NCBI GenBank assembly: GCA_965215885.1
Contig: CBDCEW010000087.1
Location: 1 to 64,000, forward strand
Length of the DNA stretch: 64,000 nucleotides
DNA from: Candidatus Moanibacter sp.
GTDB lineage: Bacteria > Verrucomicrobiota > Verrucomicrobiia > Opitutales > UBA2987
Reading direction: 5' to 3'
Shown: piece after piece, positions 30,680-40,260 of the stretch
How the letters are laid out: every line of letters starts with the position of its first letter
How positions within the stretch are numbered: the stretch's first letter is position 1
The notes under the pieces: generated by a model
Told to the model about the DNA's origin: nothing
The model's database searches: none
Seen by the model: only the letters and a program-made list of their open reading frames with translations
Made by a program: the position numbers and the translations under genes

Positions 30680-31879
30680 TTAATCCGAAAAATACAATGT
30701 CTCGGCATGATTGGGTCTGATCTTCGAGGCGGTTTCCAGAAACGTGAAAGCCACCTCAGCTTCATCGTTATTCCAGAGAGCTATGCCGAGATTATGGTTC
30801 AGATCTGGGTCTTTCGGATTCTGAGAATGCTTTTCACCGTATTGAGCAAGGTTTTTCCGTGAACGGTCCAGATATTTTCGAGTCAGTTCCAGGTTATTTC
30901 TGGCCGCTGTCAGTTTTGGATTGAGGTGAATGGCACGCTCGTACCTTCTTGCCGCGCTTTCCACATCACCCTTCTCTTCCAGAACCGTTCCTAAACCGTA
31001 ATGAGCATGTGCGTAATCGGAATTAACTGTAATTGCCTGCTTGAAGGAGGAAATCGCTCTCCCCAATTCGCCTTCCAGCGCATATGTGAAACCGAGGTAG
31101 CAGTGAGCGCGCTCGTATTCTGGATCTATCTGAAGCACTTTGTGAAAGCATTCGATGGCTTTCTTTCGATTTCCCGCATCATTATGCGCAATTCCCAGGC
31201 GACGGTATGCGTCGATCGAGCCAGGAGTGGTTTCGATCGCGCTCTTGTATACCCCGATCGCTTCATCGAATCTGCCCAGTTTCTGCAGAGCCGAGCCCAG
31301 TTGAATATGTGCCGTAGTGAGATCCGGTTTTAAGGTCGTCGCTTTGCGAAAGCACGCAATTGCTTCCGATAAGGCACCTTTCTTCGAGTAGACGAGTCCG
31401 AGGTTATGATGAGCTTCGGCGTATTCCGGTTTTATTTCAATGGAGCGTTGCAGGGCTTCTATTGCGGACTCATTCTGCCCCTGATCCTTCAGGGCTATAC
31501 CGAGATTATTGTACGCCATGGAGCTTTCAGGATCGAGCGCGATGGCCTTACGGGAGCATTTGACTGCTTCCTCGTATTTGTGCATCGCCCGGTAGACTTC
31601 CCCAAGATGGGTATAATAGGTGCTCTTATTTGGATTTGCGCCTATCGCTCGGCCGATAAGATCCGCAGCGACGCCATGCTTGCCGCATTGAAAGGCGAGA
31701 ACGCCCATTAGATGGAGAGCTTCCGCATTTCGCGGAGCTCTTTTGAGGATTTCCTTATACAGCGCCTCGGCCTGAGGCAGCTTCCCGGTTTGGTGTAAGC
31801 GTATGGCCTCCCTTAAATCCTGTTCGTCTGTAGTCATAAATAACTGCGTCGAAAATTTGGCATATTCGTTGCCCTTCAT
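30680..31879 (-). CDS. TPR protein (not IS-interrupted; frameshifted away from the downstream glycerophosphotransferase domain)
   Basis: Continuous TPRs ending in the middle of a repeat at ETLYFSD*. Confidence 0.88.
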   Translation of the reverse strand: MKGNEYAKFSTQLFMTTDEQDLREAIRLHQTGKLPQAEALYKEILKRAPRNAEALHLMGVLAFQCGKHGVAADLIGRAIGANPNKSTYYTHLGEVYRAMHKYEEAVKCSRKAIALDPESSMAYNNLGIALKDQGQNESAIEALQRSIEIKPEYAEAHHNLGLVYSKKGALSEAIACFRKATTLKPDLTTAHIQLGSALQKLGRFDEAIGVYKSAIETTPGSIDAYRRLGIAHNDAGNRKKAIECFHKVLQIDPEYERAHCYLGFTYALEGELGRAISSFKQAITVNSDYAHAHYGLGTVLEEKGDVESAARRYERAIHLNPKLTAARNNLELTRKYLDRSRKNLAQYGEKHSQNPKDPDLNHNLGIALWNNDEAEVAFTFLETASKIRPNHAETLYFSD

Positions 31880-32001
31880 TCATTCGTTGCTTATAATCCT
31901 GCTTAAGAACTACCTTCTTTCTTTTCATCCTTTGCTAATTTCACCGGATTTGATACACAAGTTCAAATTAATCAGGATTCACGGCAGAATCTAAACCTTC
32001 G

Positions 32002-33345
32002 GTGAGCGCGTCTCAACCTGAGAATGTAATCGTCATTAAGCCGGATACCTATGGGGATCTTGTTCTAATCGAACCCTTAATCCGGCGCCTCCATAATTTC
32101 TGGCCTGATTGCCGTATTCATCTTCTGGTGAGGGAGGGCTACCAGGATATGGCTCCTCTCTTGTTTCCGCAGATTCACTGTCTGACGACACCGATTGATC
32201 CTTACTCTCAGGACCCGTCCGGATATCCAGAGGCTATTGCGTCTTTATGGGAAGAATTGGGAGAAATTGAACCTGATATCGTTATAGCCGGCGCCTACGA
32301 GATGACCTGGTTGGAGCCGCTGATTGCAGATCGTATGAGCGGGGCCAGGAAGATCGCTTTCAGTAATCTTACAATTGCGAAGGGGAAGGAGCCTGCCTTG
32401 GCGTCCTATCTAAAGCGCCCTCCGCGGGACATCTTTGAGGAGATCGTTACGGTCGATCCTGAATTGGAAGACTGGCGCAAGTGGAATGCAATGGCTGAGT
32501 ATATCACCGGTGTAGCAGAGTCTGAAAGTCAGCCGCAAATCTCGGTACCGTCACAATGGAAAGCGCGCGCTGTGGACTGGCTGAAGATGAGAGAGTTGAG
32601 TTCTATTCCCTGGGTTGCCTGCTGTCCAGCTGGAAACGCTAATGTTCCAATCAAGGCGTGGCCTGCCGAGCGCTTTTCGGAGACGCTTTGTGAGATGTGG
32701 AAAAGTAGGGGACTACCGATCGTCTTAATGGGATACAAGGCGGAACGGGAAATTCTGGATTCGATTGCGGTCGATCTTCGTGAGAACAGAGCAACCTGTC
32801 ACGTGTGGTCGGGTGAGGATGGCGAATTCTCGATTGTGGCGGCGCTCATAAGCCAGGGTTCTTACTACTTCGGGAACGATACCGGTGCCATGCATATCGC
32901 GGCAGCCCTTGGTATCCCTGTAGCAGCGGTCTTTGGAGGCGGTACTTGGCCGCGCTTCAGGCCGGCGGCAGACCGATACGCGATCGTTTACCAACTGCTG
33001 GATTGCTTCGGCTGTGGTTGGGAATGTGCGTATGGGACGGCGCCATGCCTGGGCACGATTCCGGTTGAGCCGGTGCTGCGAGCGATGGATCAACTGTTGG
33101 AAACACAGGAGCAGTCGGTGAATCTGGAGATTGAGGTCGACACCGAACTCCGAAGGCATGGATCCTTTGAGGCCTTTTCGCGATACCACAGCAGCCTACT
33201 GGTCGAGTCCTGGAAGGAAAAAGAAGCCGTAATCCAGAGTCAACTAAAGCGGATATGTGAACTGGAACGAAAGCTGAGAAGTGAGAGTGAGAGGTCTCCC
33301 CACAGATTAAATAAAACCACGGATGACACGGATGGGCACGGATAG
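32002..33345 (+). CDS. GT9 glycosyltransferase
   Basis: Mirror of 7120..8463. Confidence 0.9.
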   Translation: MSASQPENVIVIKPDTYGDLVLIEPLIRRLHNFWPDCRIHLLVREGYQDMAPLLFPQIHCLTTPIDPYSQDPSGYPEAIASLWEELGEIEPDIVIAGAYEMTWLEPLIADRMSGARKIAFSNLTIAKGKEPALASYLKRPPRDIFEEIVTVDPELEDWRKWNAMAEYITGVAESESQPQISVPSQWKARAVDWLKMRELSSIPWVACCPAGNANVPIKAWPAERFSETLCEMWKSRGLPIVLMGYKAEREILDSIAVDLRENRATCHVWSGEDGEFSIVAALISQGSYYFGNDTGAMHIAAALGIPVAAVFGGGTWPRFRPAADRYAIVYQLLDCFGCGWECAYGTAPCLGTIPVEPVLRAMDQLLETQEQSVNLEIEVDTELRRHGSFEAFSRYHSSLLVESWKEKEAVIQSQLKRICELERKLRSESERSPHRLNKTTDDTDGHG

Positions 33346-33908
33346 AGAATTTGACCACGGATTTCCTGGAGCAGCGAAGCCGCAGCCAAATTGAGGGAAA
33401 GAGAGGAACCGCGAATGGACGCGAATTTGGGAGAAAGAGCCCGCGGATTCGAGGACACCGCGGATTAATTCAAGAGGGAGTACCCAACGGATTAGGGAAA
33501 AAACGGATTGTGAACAATTGAACCGCAATCCTTTGAATATCAGCCTCTTATAATTCACCAAAGAAAAAACGTGTTCAGAAAACCAGGTTCTGATGGATAG
33601 TAGTAGAGATGTCCCCTCTCTATCCGTGCCATCCGTGAAATCCGTGGTCTCGCTGATCCGGATCGACCTAACGTCGAAGGATGTTTCCCGGTCCCGGCGC
33701 GCCGGGAAGATTCGACTTCTCTTCTCCGTTTCTCTCCGTTTCCTTCTGTTCAATTCTCTTCTCCTCGGAATGACCTACCAGTTTGGTTGTGGCTTTGTTG
33801 CGCTGGGTCATCCGCGGTAAATTCTTTATCCGTTGCTTGCTTTTCTCTCGCAGTCCACATTCGTTGCCATCTTGTCTTCTGCTGCGGAAAACTGAACAGA
33901 ACCTGCCC

Positions 33909-35870
33909 ATGAAATCAGCCAATAGGAAAGGCTTCCGTTCGTGGGTCTATGACTGCCTCGGGAAGGGAATAATAAAGTGTCTCGATCTACGAGAGGGAAG
34001 ATCGAGGAAAAAGGAGAAGCCCCTCCCGAGGATCTCAATCGTAACGCCGGTGCTGAATGCGGAATCAACCATCGTCGAAACGATTGAATCGATCCTCTCG
34101 CAGAACTACCCCGACCTTGAGTATATCATTATAGACGCGGGTTCCACCGATGGAACGCTGAAACGTATTGAACCATTCCGTGGGTGGGTCAACACGCTTA
34201 TTTCGGAACCTGATTGCGGCATGTACGATGCCTTGAACAAGGGATTCGCCAGGGCCACTGGTGACGTTTTTGCCTACCTCAACGCTGATGATTATTACCT
34301 TCCGGGTGGCCTACAGCGTGTCGGCGCATATTTCAGGGACCATCAAAAGGTGGAAGTCATTTACCATGAAGACATTGTGGAAGTAATGGGCTGGCGCTTC
34401 CCCAATCTCTGGCAGCCGCATGTGGATTACCGGCACCTGGCCAACGGTCACATACTGTTTCAGGATGGAGTATTCTTCAGCCGGCGCGCATTTGAAGAGG
34501 CAGGAGGATTCAACGGGAAACTGAAGTTGGCTGGTGATTGGGAGATGTGGGCACGCCTCGCTTTCCGGTTTCCGTTCCAGCGGATGGATGGACATGTGAG
34601 CTGTTTTCGGATTCACGAGGGACAACTCACTTCGATTCGTGAGCGCTATGATAATGAGTTGGAGAGAGCGAAGGATACGTTATTGAAAGACAGTGCCCCG
34701 CTGAAGAGAGAGGTCAGCCTCCTGCACTGTCTCAGGAACTCGATGAGGAATCATTCTCGAGAGTTTTTTAATGATCGCCGTCTTTTCTTTCCCATCCCGT
34801 TCGAAGACTTGCCTCCGCCGGAATGCGAGGTGCCGGTCGAAAATGCGAATTCGGCAGTTTGTCCCGTGACCGGTGCCACTCCCGACCGCTTCCTTTTCAG
34901 TTCCCCGGATACGCGTTTCGGCGATGGGCAGATACATGACTGGTATTATGTTGCGCGTAGCTCCACTGCGATCTGCCACCCAACCATGGAGAGTGACGTA
35001 TTAAGTGATCTTTACGAGCGCCACTATTCTTCCCCAACCCCTTCCCTGGTTCGTCCCGCCGAAGAGACGGGATCGCCCTATCGGAATTTCAATGGATCCG
35101 CTGGAAGCGAGCGTTGGTTGGGCGGGAGATCGCTGCCGAAGTCCTTGCGCAGACGGCTGGGTTTGACTTGGGAGGATACAACCGCCGAGGAACTGCTGAA
35201 GACAATAGGTGTGCGTTTCCCAACGAAGAGTGAAGCGACCGCATTTTTGGATATCGGTTGTTTTGAAGGGAAACTGCTTGAGGATCTACGGGAGCGCACA
35301 AAGTGGAAATTGTCCGGTCTTGAATCCAATGAGAAGGCTGTCGGTGTGGCCCGAAAGTTGGGTCTCGAATTCTGGCACGCCCGTGCCGAAGATGCGGTTT
35401 ATGCCATTCCGATTGGCAGGCAATTCGATTTGATCTTCCTTGGGCAAACCGTTGAGCACCTCCAGGAACCGTTGGTTACACTGCGGCGATTGCGCCAGCT
35501 TCTGAGGCCATCAGGTATTCTCGTCTTGAGCACCCCGAATTTGAATTCCTGGCAGATCGACCGCTTCGGCCCCACCTGGCCGCATTGGCATCCGCCATAC
35601 CATCGGCATATATTCAGTATAGATTCGTTGAAGCAGATGGGTCTTCAGGCGAACCTCGAAATGAGGAGATGGAGGACTTTTTCGCATCCCTACTGGTCGG
35701 CCATGAGCTTGCAACTGAATGAACTCGGTTTGGCCGGCGCTGTCCCTCATGGTATTGCCGTTCCGGAAGCGTACCGTGAGAGGGCCGAGTCCATGGCAGC
35801 CTGGTCTAAGCTCCTCTGGGACTGGCGGGGTAGGGGAGATTATTTGTATGTTGTTTACGGAAAAGGTTAA
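33909..35870 (+). CDS. GT2-SAM methyltransferase fusion
   Basis: Mirror of 4595..6556. Confidence 0.88.
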   Translation: MKSANRKGFRSWVYDCLGKGIIKCLDLREGRSRKKEKPLPRISIVTPVLNAESTIVETIESILSQNYPDLEYIIIDAGSTDGTLKRIEPFRGWVNTLISEPDCGMYDALNKGFARATGDVFAYLNADDYYLPGGLQRVGAYFRDHQKVEVIYHEDIVEVMGWRFPNLWQPHVDYRHLANGHILFQDGVFFSRRAFEEAGGFNGKLKLAGDWEMWARLAFRFPFQRMDGHVSCFRIHEGQLTSIRERYDNELERAKDTLLKDSAPLKREVSLLHCLRNSMRNHSREFFNDRRLFFPIPFEDLPPPECEVPVENANSAVCPVTGATPDRFLFSSPDTRFGDGQIHDWYYVARSSTAICHPTMESDVLSDLYERHYSSPTPSLVRPAEETGSPYRNFNGSAGSERWLGGRSLPKSLRRRLGLTWEDTTAEELLKTIGVRFPTKSEATAFLDIGCFEGKLLEDLRERTKWKLSGLESNEKAVGVARKLGLEFWHARAEDAVYAIPIGRQFDLIFLGQTVEHLQEPLVTLRRLRQLLRPSGILVLSTPNLNSWQIDRFGPTWPHWHPPYHRHIFSIDSLKQMGLQANLEMRRWRTFSHPYWSAMSLQLNELGLAGAVPHGIAVPEAYRERAESMAAWSKLLWDWRGRGDYLYVVYGKG

Positions 35871-35886
35871 CCACGGATGAGAGAAG

Positions 35887-36061
35887 AGGGTGACCACGGA
35901 TGGCACGGATTGACACGGATAGGAGGGATAGGGATTCTTAGAGGAAACAGGGGATGATCAACGAAAGTCAGCAGATTCATTTTCCTGTACAACTATTGGC
36001 ATCAGTTAATCGGAAGACTGATTTCTAATCCGTGTCAATCCGTGCCATCCGTGGTCACCCT
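35887..36061. repeat. Perfect 34-bp CACGGAT-triplet inverted pair upstream of the GxxExxY start
   Basis: AGGGTGACCACGGATGGCACGGATTGACACGGAT and its exact reverse complement. Confidence 0.92.
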
Positions 36062-36155
36062 TCCATCGTTAGGCAGTTTTGGTTGTGGCCTGGCCGCTCC
36101 AAGTGAACGATGGTTGAGGAAGAATGAGAATCCAGAGGTATTTAGCGGGACATAT

Positions 36156-36201
36156 ATGAAACACGAGGGCATAAGCAGGGAGATTATTGGATGTGCAATG
36201 A
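36156..36201 (+). pseudogene. 5' fragment of GxxExxY gene
   Basis: ATGAAACACGAG…GTGCAATGA followed directly by the IS4 end. Confidence 0.8.
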
Positions 36202-37520
36202 CAGTACTGTCCGGTTATAAGTCAAACAACTCCAACTGTTTAGGAATGCGGTGTTCATTGAAAGTGTAATCGGTTTCTGTAAGTAGTTCAGTCATAGGAG
36301 TTTTCTCAAATAGGGTGAAGCTGAGAATCTGTAGGATTTTGTGCAAACTGATCTCCAGGCGAAGGCGTTTGCGGATGATGGCGATGAGCACATAGACGCT
36401 GACGGCAATCCAGATTTGAGTCTTCACAGCATTCTCGGAGGTGCCGAAAAAGCTCTTGATGCGCAAGTGCTGTTTGATCCATTTGAAGAACAATTCGATC
36501 TGCCAGCGTAAACGGTAAATCTGGGTGATGATTATGGCTGGGAGGGCAAACTGGTTGGTGAGAAACACGAAGCGCTCGGAACTGTCGGGGTCGAGGTAAG
36601 TGATACGCCGGAGTCTTTCGGGGTAGGCCTTGGCAGGATAGAAGCTGACCAGGGCAACGGTCTGGTCCGAACGCAGACCGGTTGATTTGTCGACCTTTTG
36701 AGAGTAGAGGCGGCGAAACTGAAAGCCGCGGCGGGCGCGTGTGACGAAGAAAGAACCGCATTGTGCGATCCGATAGAGGCGCTCGTAATGCAGATAGGCT
36801 CGGTCCATTACATAGTAAGCACCGGCCTCGGGGATGATGAGATCCAGAATGTTTACGTCGTGAACTTTTCCATCGGTAATCTCGATAAAATAAGGGATAG
36901 AGCCTCTGAGATCGAGAAGCGTATGGACCTTCACCGCCCCCTTGTGCTTGCGGAAACGTGCCCACGGGAAGAGTGATAGACATAGATCGATCGTGGTGGA
37001 GTCCAGAGCGTAGAGCGTATTGTCCAGGTCGATGCCCAGATCCTCGTTTGAATACAAAGGACGAGCCATTGCGATGAGGACCTGTGCAAAGTCGGCGTAG
37101 ATGCGCCAGTCTCGTTTCTCGTTGGCATCGGCGAGCGTGCTTTTGGATACTCCGCTTCGAATCCCTGCGTGGTATAGTTTTGGTTGTACTGCCCGCAGGC
37201 AGGTTTCGATGTCGCGCAGACTCTCCCGGTAGGTCAACTCGGCAAAACCCATGCAGAGAAATTGTTCGAAGCAACTGAACTTTTGAACTTTGTAGTCGCC
37301 TCCGTAGCGTTGGACGCAACGATGGAACTGATGGCGCGGAAGATAATCTATGATTTGAGAAAAAACGAATCGACCTGTATACATGATTTGGACCCTCGAA
37401 ATTTTTGAGAGTCCACAAGGCTTTTTGCAATTTCAAGTCGAAAACAGCAGAAATCATATGTAAAATGTTGGTTATCAATCGATTAACCTGCGTTCCTAGA
37501 AAAACAACCGGACAGTAGTG
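36202..37520 (-). mobile_element. IS4-family element, 1319 bp, copy 3
   Basis: Same TIRs; flanks are the mirror of copy 1. Confidence 0.95.
36215..37384 (-). CDS. IS4-family transposase
   Basis: Same protein as 21074..22243. Confidence 0.95.
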   Translation of the reverse strand: MYTGRFVFSQIIDYLPRHQFHRCVQRYGGDYKVQKFSCFEQFLCMGFAELTYRESLRDIETCLRAVQPKLYHAGIRSGVSKSTLADANEKRDWRIYADFAQVLIAMARPLYSNEDLGIDLDNTLYALDSTTIDLCLSLFPWARFRKHKGAVKVHTLLDLRGSIPYFIEITDGKVHDVNILDLIIPEAGAYYVMDRAYLHYERLYRIAQCGSFFVTRARRGFQFRRLYSQKVDKSTGLRSDQTVALVSFYPAKAYPERLRRITYLDPDSSERFVFLTNQFALPAIIITQIYRLRWQIELFFKWIKQHLRIKSFFGTSENAVKTQIWIAVSVYVLIAIIRKRLRLEISLHKILQILSFTLFEKTPMTELLTETDYTFNEHRIPKQLELFDL

Positions 37521-38032
37521 TTGCCACGTCTCTATGCAGTGAAGATGAATACCGTCAGCTCAGTTCCGTATCCGAATTGAACGACAGCCTTAAAAAGCCT
37601 ACTCCCCGTCCCGGCTTGCCGGGACTACGGGGAATCTTCTTTTTTTTTTACCCTACGGGACCGGCTGTCGTCCTACGAGGTGTTTTTTCGAAACCCTGTC
37701 CCGGCAGGCCGGGACAGGAAATGATCAAGTTCAAGAGTAAGAGCCTATCATACAGTACGGATTCAGGGCGATCACAGATTGCGCGATGTGTAATTGGAGG
37801 GGAAAACAGTTCGACATCTTCTAACCTGTCGACTGTGCTATCATTCTTGCAAGTCAGTCGCGCCCACGGCGCGCAGCCGGCTCAAACACAGGGTGAAAAT
37901 TGCTGTATCGGCAGTACGAAATGCTCCCGCATTCCGCTACACGCTTCGATTCCGAAGGTAGCGGAAAGCGGGAGCTTTTCGGCGCTATTGTTATCCGCGA
38001 CGAATCAACCGAGCGAAGATAGAAAGCGAAAT

Positions 38033-38578
38033 ATGTTATTCACTGAAACAGAACTGGAGGGCGCATTCATCATTGACATTGAACGCCGGGAGGACGAACG
38101 CGGTTTCTTCGCCAGGACATTCTGCCAAAGGGAATTCCAGCAGTACGGCTTGAACCCATGCATCGCACAGACCAATATTTCCCATAATTCGGAAAAAAGC
38201 ACTTTGCGCGGGATGCACTACCAGGGGCCCCCTCATGGGGAAGTGAAAATCATAACCTGCACACAGGGAGCTATTTACGATGTCTTGATCGATCTGAGGA
38301 CGGATTCAGGGACCTTCAAGAAGTGGCTTGGTGTGGAACTTAAAGCTGCCGTTCAACGGATGCTTTATATACCCGAGAATTTCGCCCACGGATTCATGAC
38401 TTTGGAAGATTCCACCAGCGTCCACTACATGATGACCGCATTCTACCGGCCGGAATCCACGCGGGGAATCCGCTGGAACGACCCTGCATTCAACATCGAT
38501 TGGCCCGTTCAACCCGCCGTAATATCGGATAGAGACGCAAATTACCCAGATTATGAAAGGAAGAAGCGATCCCGATGA
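38033..38578 (+). CDS. rfbC: dTDP-4-dehydrorhamnose 3,5-epimerase family
   Basis: Mirror of 1888..2433. Confidence 0.9.
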   Translation: MLFTETELEGAFIIDIERREDERGFFARTFCQREFQQYGLNPCIAQTNISHNSEKSTLRGMHYQGPPHGEVKIITCTQGAIYDVLIDLRTDSGTFKKWLGVELKAAVQRMLYIPENFAHGFMTLEDSTSVHYMMTAFYRPESTRGIRWNDPAFNIDWPVQPAVISDRDANYPDYERKKRSR

Positions 38579-39372
38579 AAAGTGCACCTGATGCTGTGGG
38601 CCTGATTCCCGCCGCGGGAAAAGCAACAAGAATTAACCCGCTACCCTGTAGCAAGGAGATATATCCGGTCGGTTTCTTCGACGAACATCAGGAACTCCAG
38701 GGTCAGCCAAAACCGGTTTGTCTAAATCTGCTTGAACAGTTTCGATCGGCGGGAGTCGATACTGCCTTTATCGTTATCAATCGAGAAAAGACAGATATTC
38801 TTCGTTACCTCGGCGATGGATCACTATTCGGAATGAGCCTGGCCTATGTCGTCGACAGCCAACCGCGGGGCGTTCCCTTTTCCCTGGATCGAGCCTATAA
38901 ATTCATCAAGGACAAGCAGGTTTTATTGGGCTTTCCTGACATCATCATGGAAATCAGGGATCCTTTCACAGCTTTGCTGGAGAAACTAAAGGAAACAGAT
39001 AGCGACATCGTCCTGGGTCTGATTCCCGTCTCCGAACCGCAGAAGTGGGATATGGTCGACCTTACGGAAGAGGGGAAGGTCCGCGACATTGTGATTAAGC
39101 GCGAACAATGCCGTTTAAAACATGCCTGGGTTATAACGGCGTGGGCTCCCACTTTTACCGAGTATTTGCATCGATTTTTGCGAGAATCAGAAAGCGCGGA
39201 AGGATCAGAATCCGGTGACAGAAACCGGGAATTACAACTCAGCAATATCTTCCTGGCCGCGGCGGAGGAGGAGGGTCTGACTATCGAGACTGAGTTGTTT
39301 GAGCCCGGATTTTGCGTCGACATCGGCACTCGGGAAGGATTGAAACGGGCGATTCAAATTACTCACGAGTAA
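38575..39372 (+). CDS. Sugar-phosphate nucleotidyltransferase
   Basis: Mirror of 1094..1891. Confidence 0.85.
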   Translation: MKSAPDAVGLIPAAGKATRINPLPCSKEIYPVGFFDEHQELQGQPKPVCLNLLEQFRSAGVDTAFIVINREKTDILRYLGDGSLFGMSLAYVVDSQPRGVPFSLDRAYKFIKDKQVLLGFPDIIMEIRDPFTALLEKLKETDSDIVLGLIPVSEPQKWDMVDLTEEGKVRDIVIKREQCRLKHAWVITAWAPTFTEYLHRFLRESESAEGSESGDRNRELQLSNIFLAAAEEEGLTIETELFEPGFCVDIGTREGLKRAIQITHE

Positions 39373-40163
39373 CCGAAAATCCTATAGATATCCTCGCAAT
39401 TCCGATTTATCTCCTTCACATCGTCGTCCGTAAGGACATCCCTGTACTTACCTATTCTTTCAGAGGAGATTTTCTTACCGAAAAGCTCAGTTGCCCAAAG
39501 TCCATACTTTGATCTCGCGTCAAATCCGTCGTCATCCAGATCTCGACTGCTGTCAAATTTCAATTCCAAACCAGAGAAACGCCGGAGGCGGTCGAGAACC
39601 CTGTCCGGTTCAGTGACAAGTTCTTCATATTTTGAAACGAAGAGGCGGTCCTTAAAGATCTTCGCTTTACATGATACGGGAGCAACATAAAAGCTCCTGT
39701 AATGATTGCACAGAGTCCGGATGGTGGACTCCTGAAATCCGAGATACTCTCCCTCCTGCTTGTGACGCTCACCCACCCGTATCATAGAGGCGACCGCATC
39801 GCGAGGATCACGGACCGTAAGAAAGAAATAGGAGTCGGGGATGAGCTCGAGGATATCCGGAAAATACTTCGAGAAATTCGTTTCCTTAAAGACCAGATGC
39901 CTGGAATCCGGAAATCGCTTCGCCGTTCGCTTGAGGAAAAGTGAAATGACTGAACGGTGGAAATTCCAAAGGTCTCTTCGGTCGTCGAAATAGTGTTTTG
40001 AATGGCGATCGAATTCCTGTTTCGCCTGAGAATAGGCATGAAAAAGAATTCTGAAGTAGCCTGATTCCAGAGTAGGCTTGTTCGTCTCGTTGTCCCGGCA
40101 CAAAAGGAGGTGGAGCAGCGTCGTTCCGGAGCGAGGGCTACCACCGACAAAGAATTTACTCAT
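39363..40163 (-). CDS. Sulfotransferase
   Basis: Mirror of 303..1103. Confidence 0.9.
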   Translation of the reverse strand: MSKFFVGGSPRSGTTLLHLLLCRDNETNKPTLESGYFRILFHAYSQAKQEFDRHSKHYFDDRRDLWNFHRSVISLFLKRTAKRFPDSRHLVFKETNFSKYFPDILELIPDSYFFLTVRDPRDAVASMIRVGERHKQEGEYLGFQESTIRTLCNHYRSFYVAPVSCKAKIFKDRLFVSKYEELVTEPDRVLDRLRRFSGLELKFDSSRDLDDDGFDARSKYGLWATELFGKKISSERIGKYRDVLTDDDVKEINRNCEDIYRIFGYS

Positions 40164-40260
40164 TTCAGTTTCATTTTCTTCAAAGGAATCTGTCGGTCTA
40201 AACTTGATCGGAATGTCGATCTGTCACCATGAAATCTAAACCAATGAGATGTTAGGAATC

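Noticed and set aside
22257..36201. Site-specific invertible (shufflon or phase-variation) segment
   Set aside because: No tyrosine or serine recombinase in the window; the boundaries are IS copies with swapped TSDs.
37577..38032. N-terminal extensions of ORF calls (rfbC 37577/2745, GT2-methyltransferase 6682/33783, GT2 18741, CotH 60327)
   Set aside because: The extensions run through intergenic repeats or IS DNA; family similarity starts at downstream start codons.
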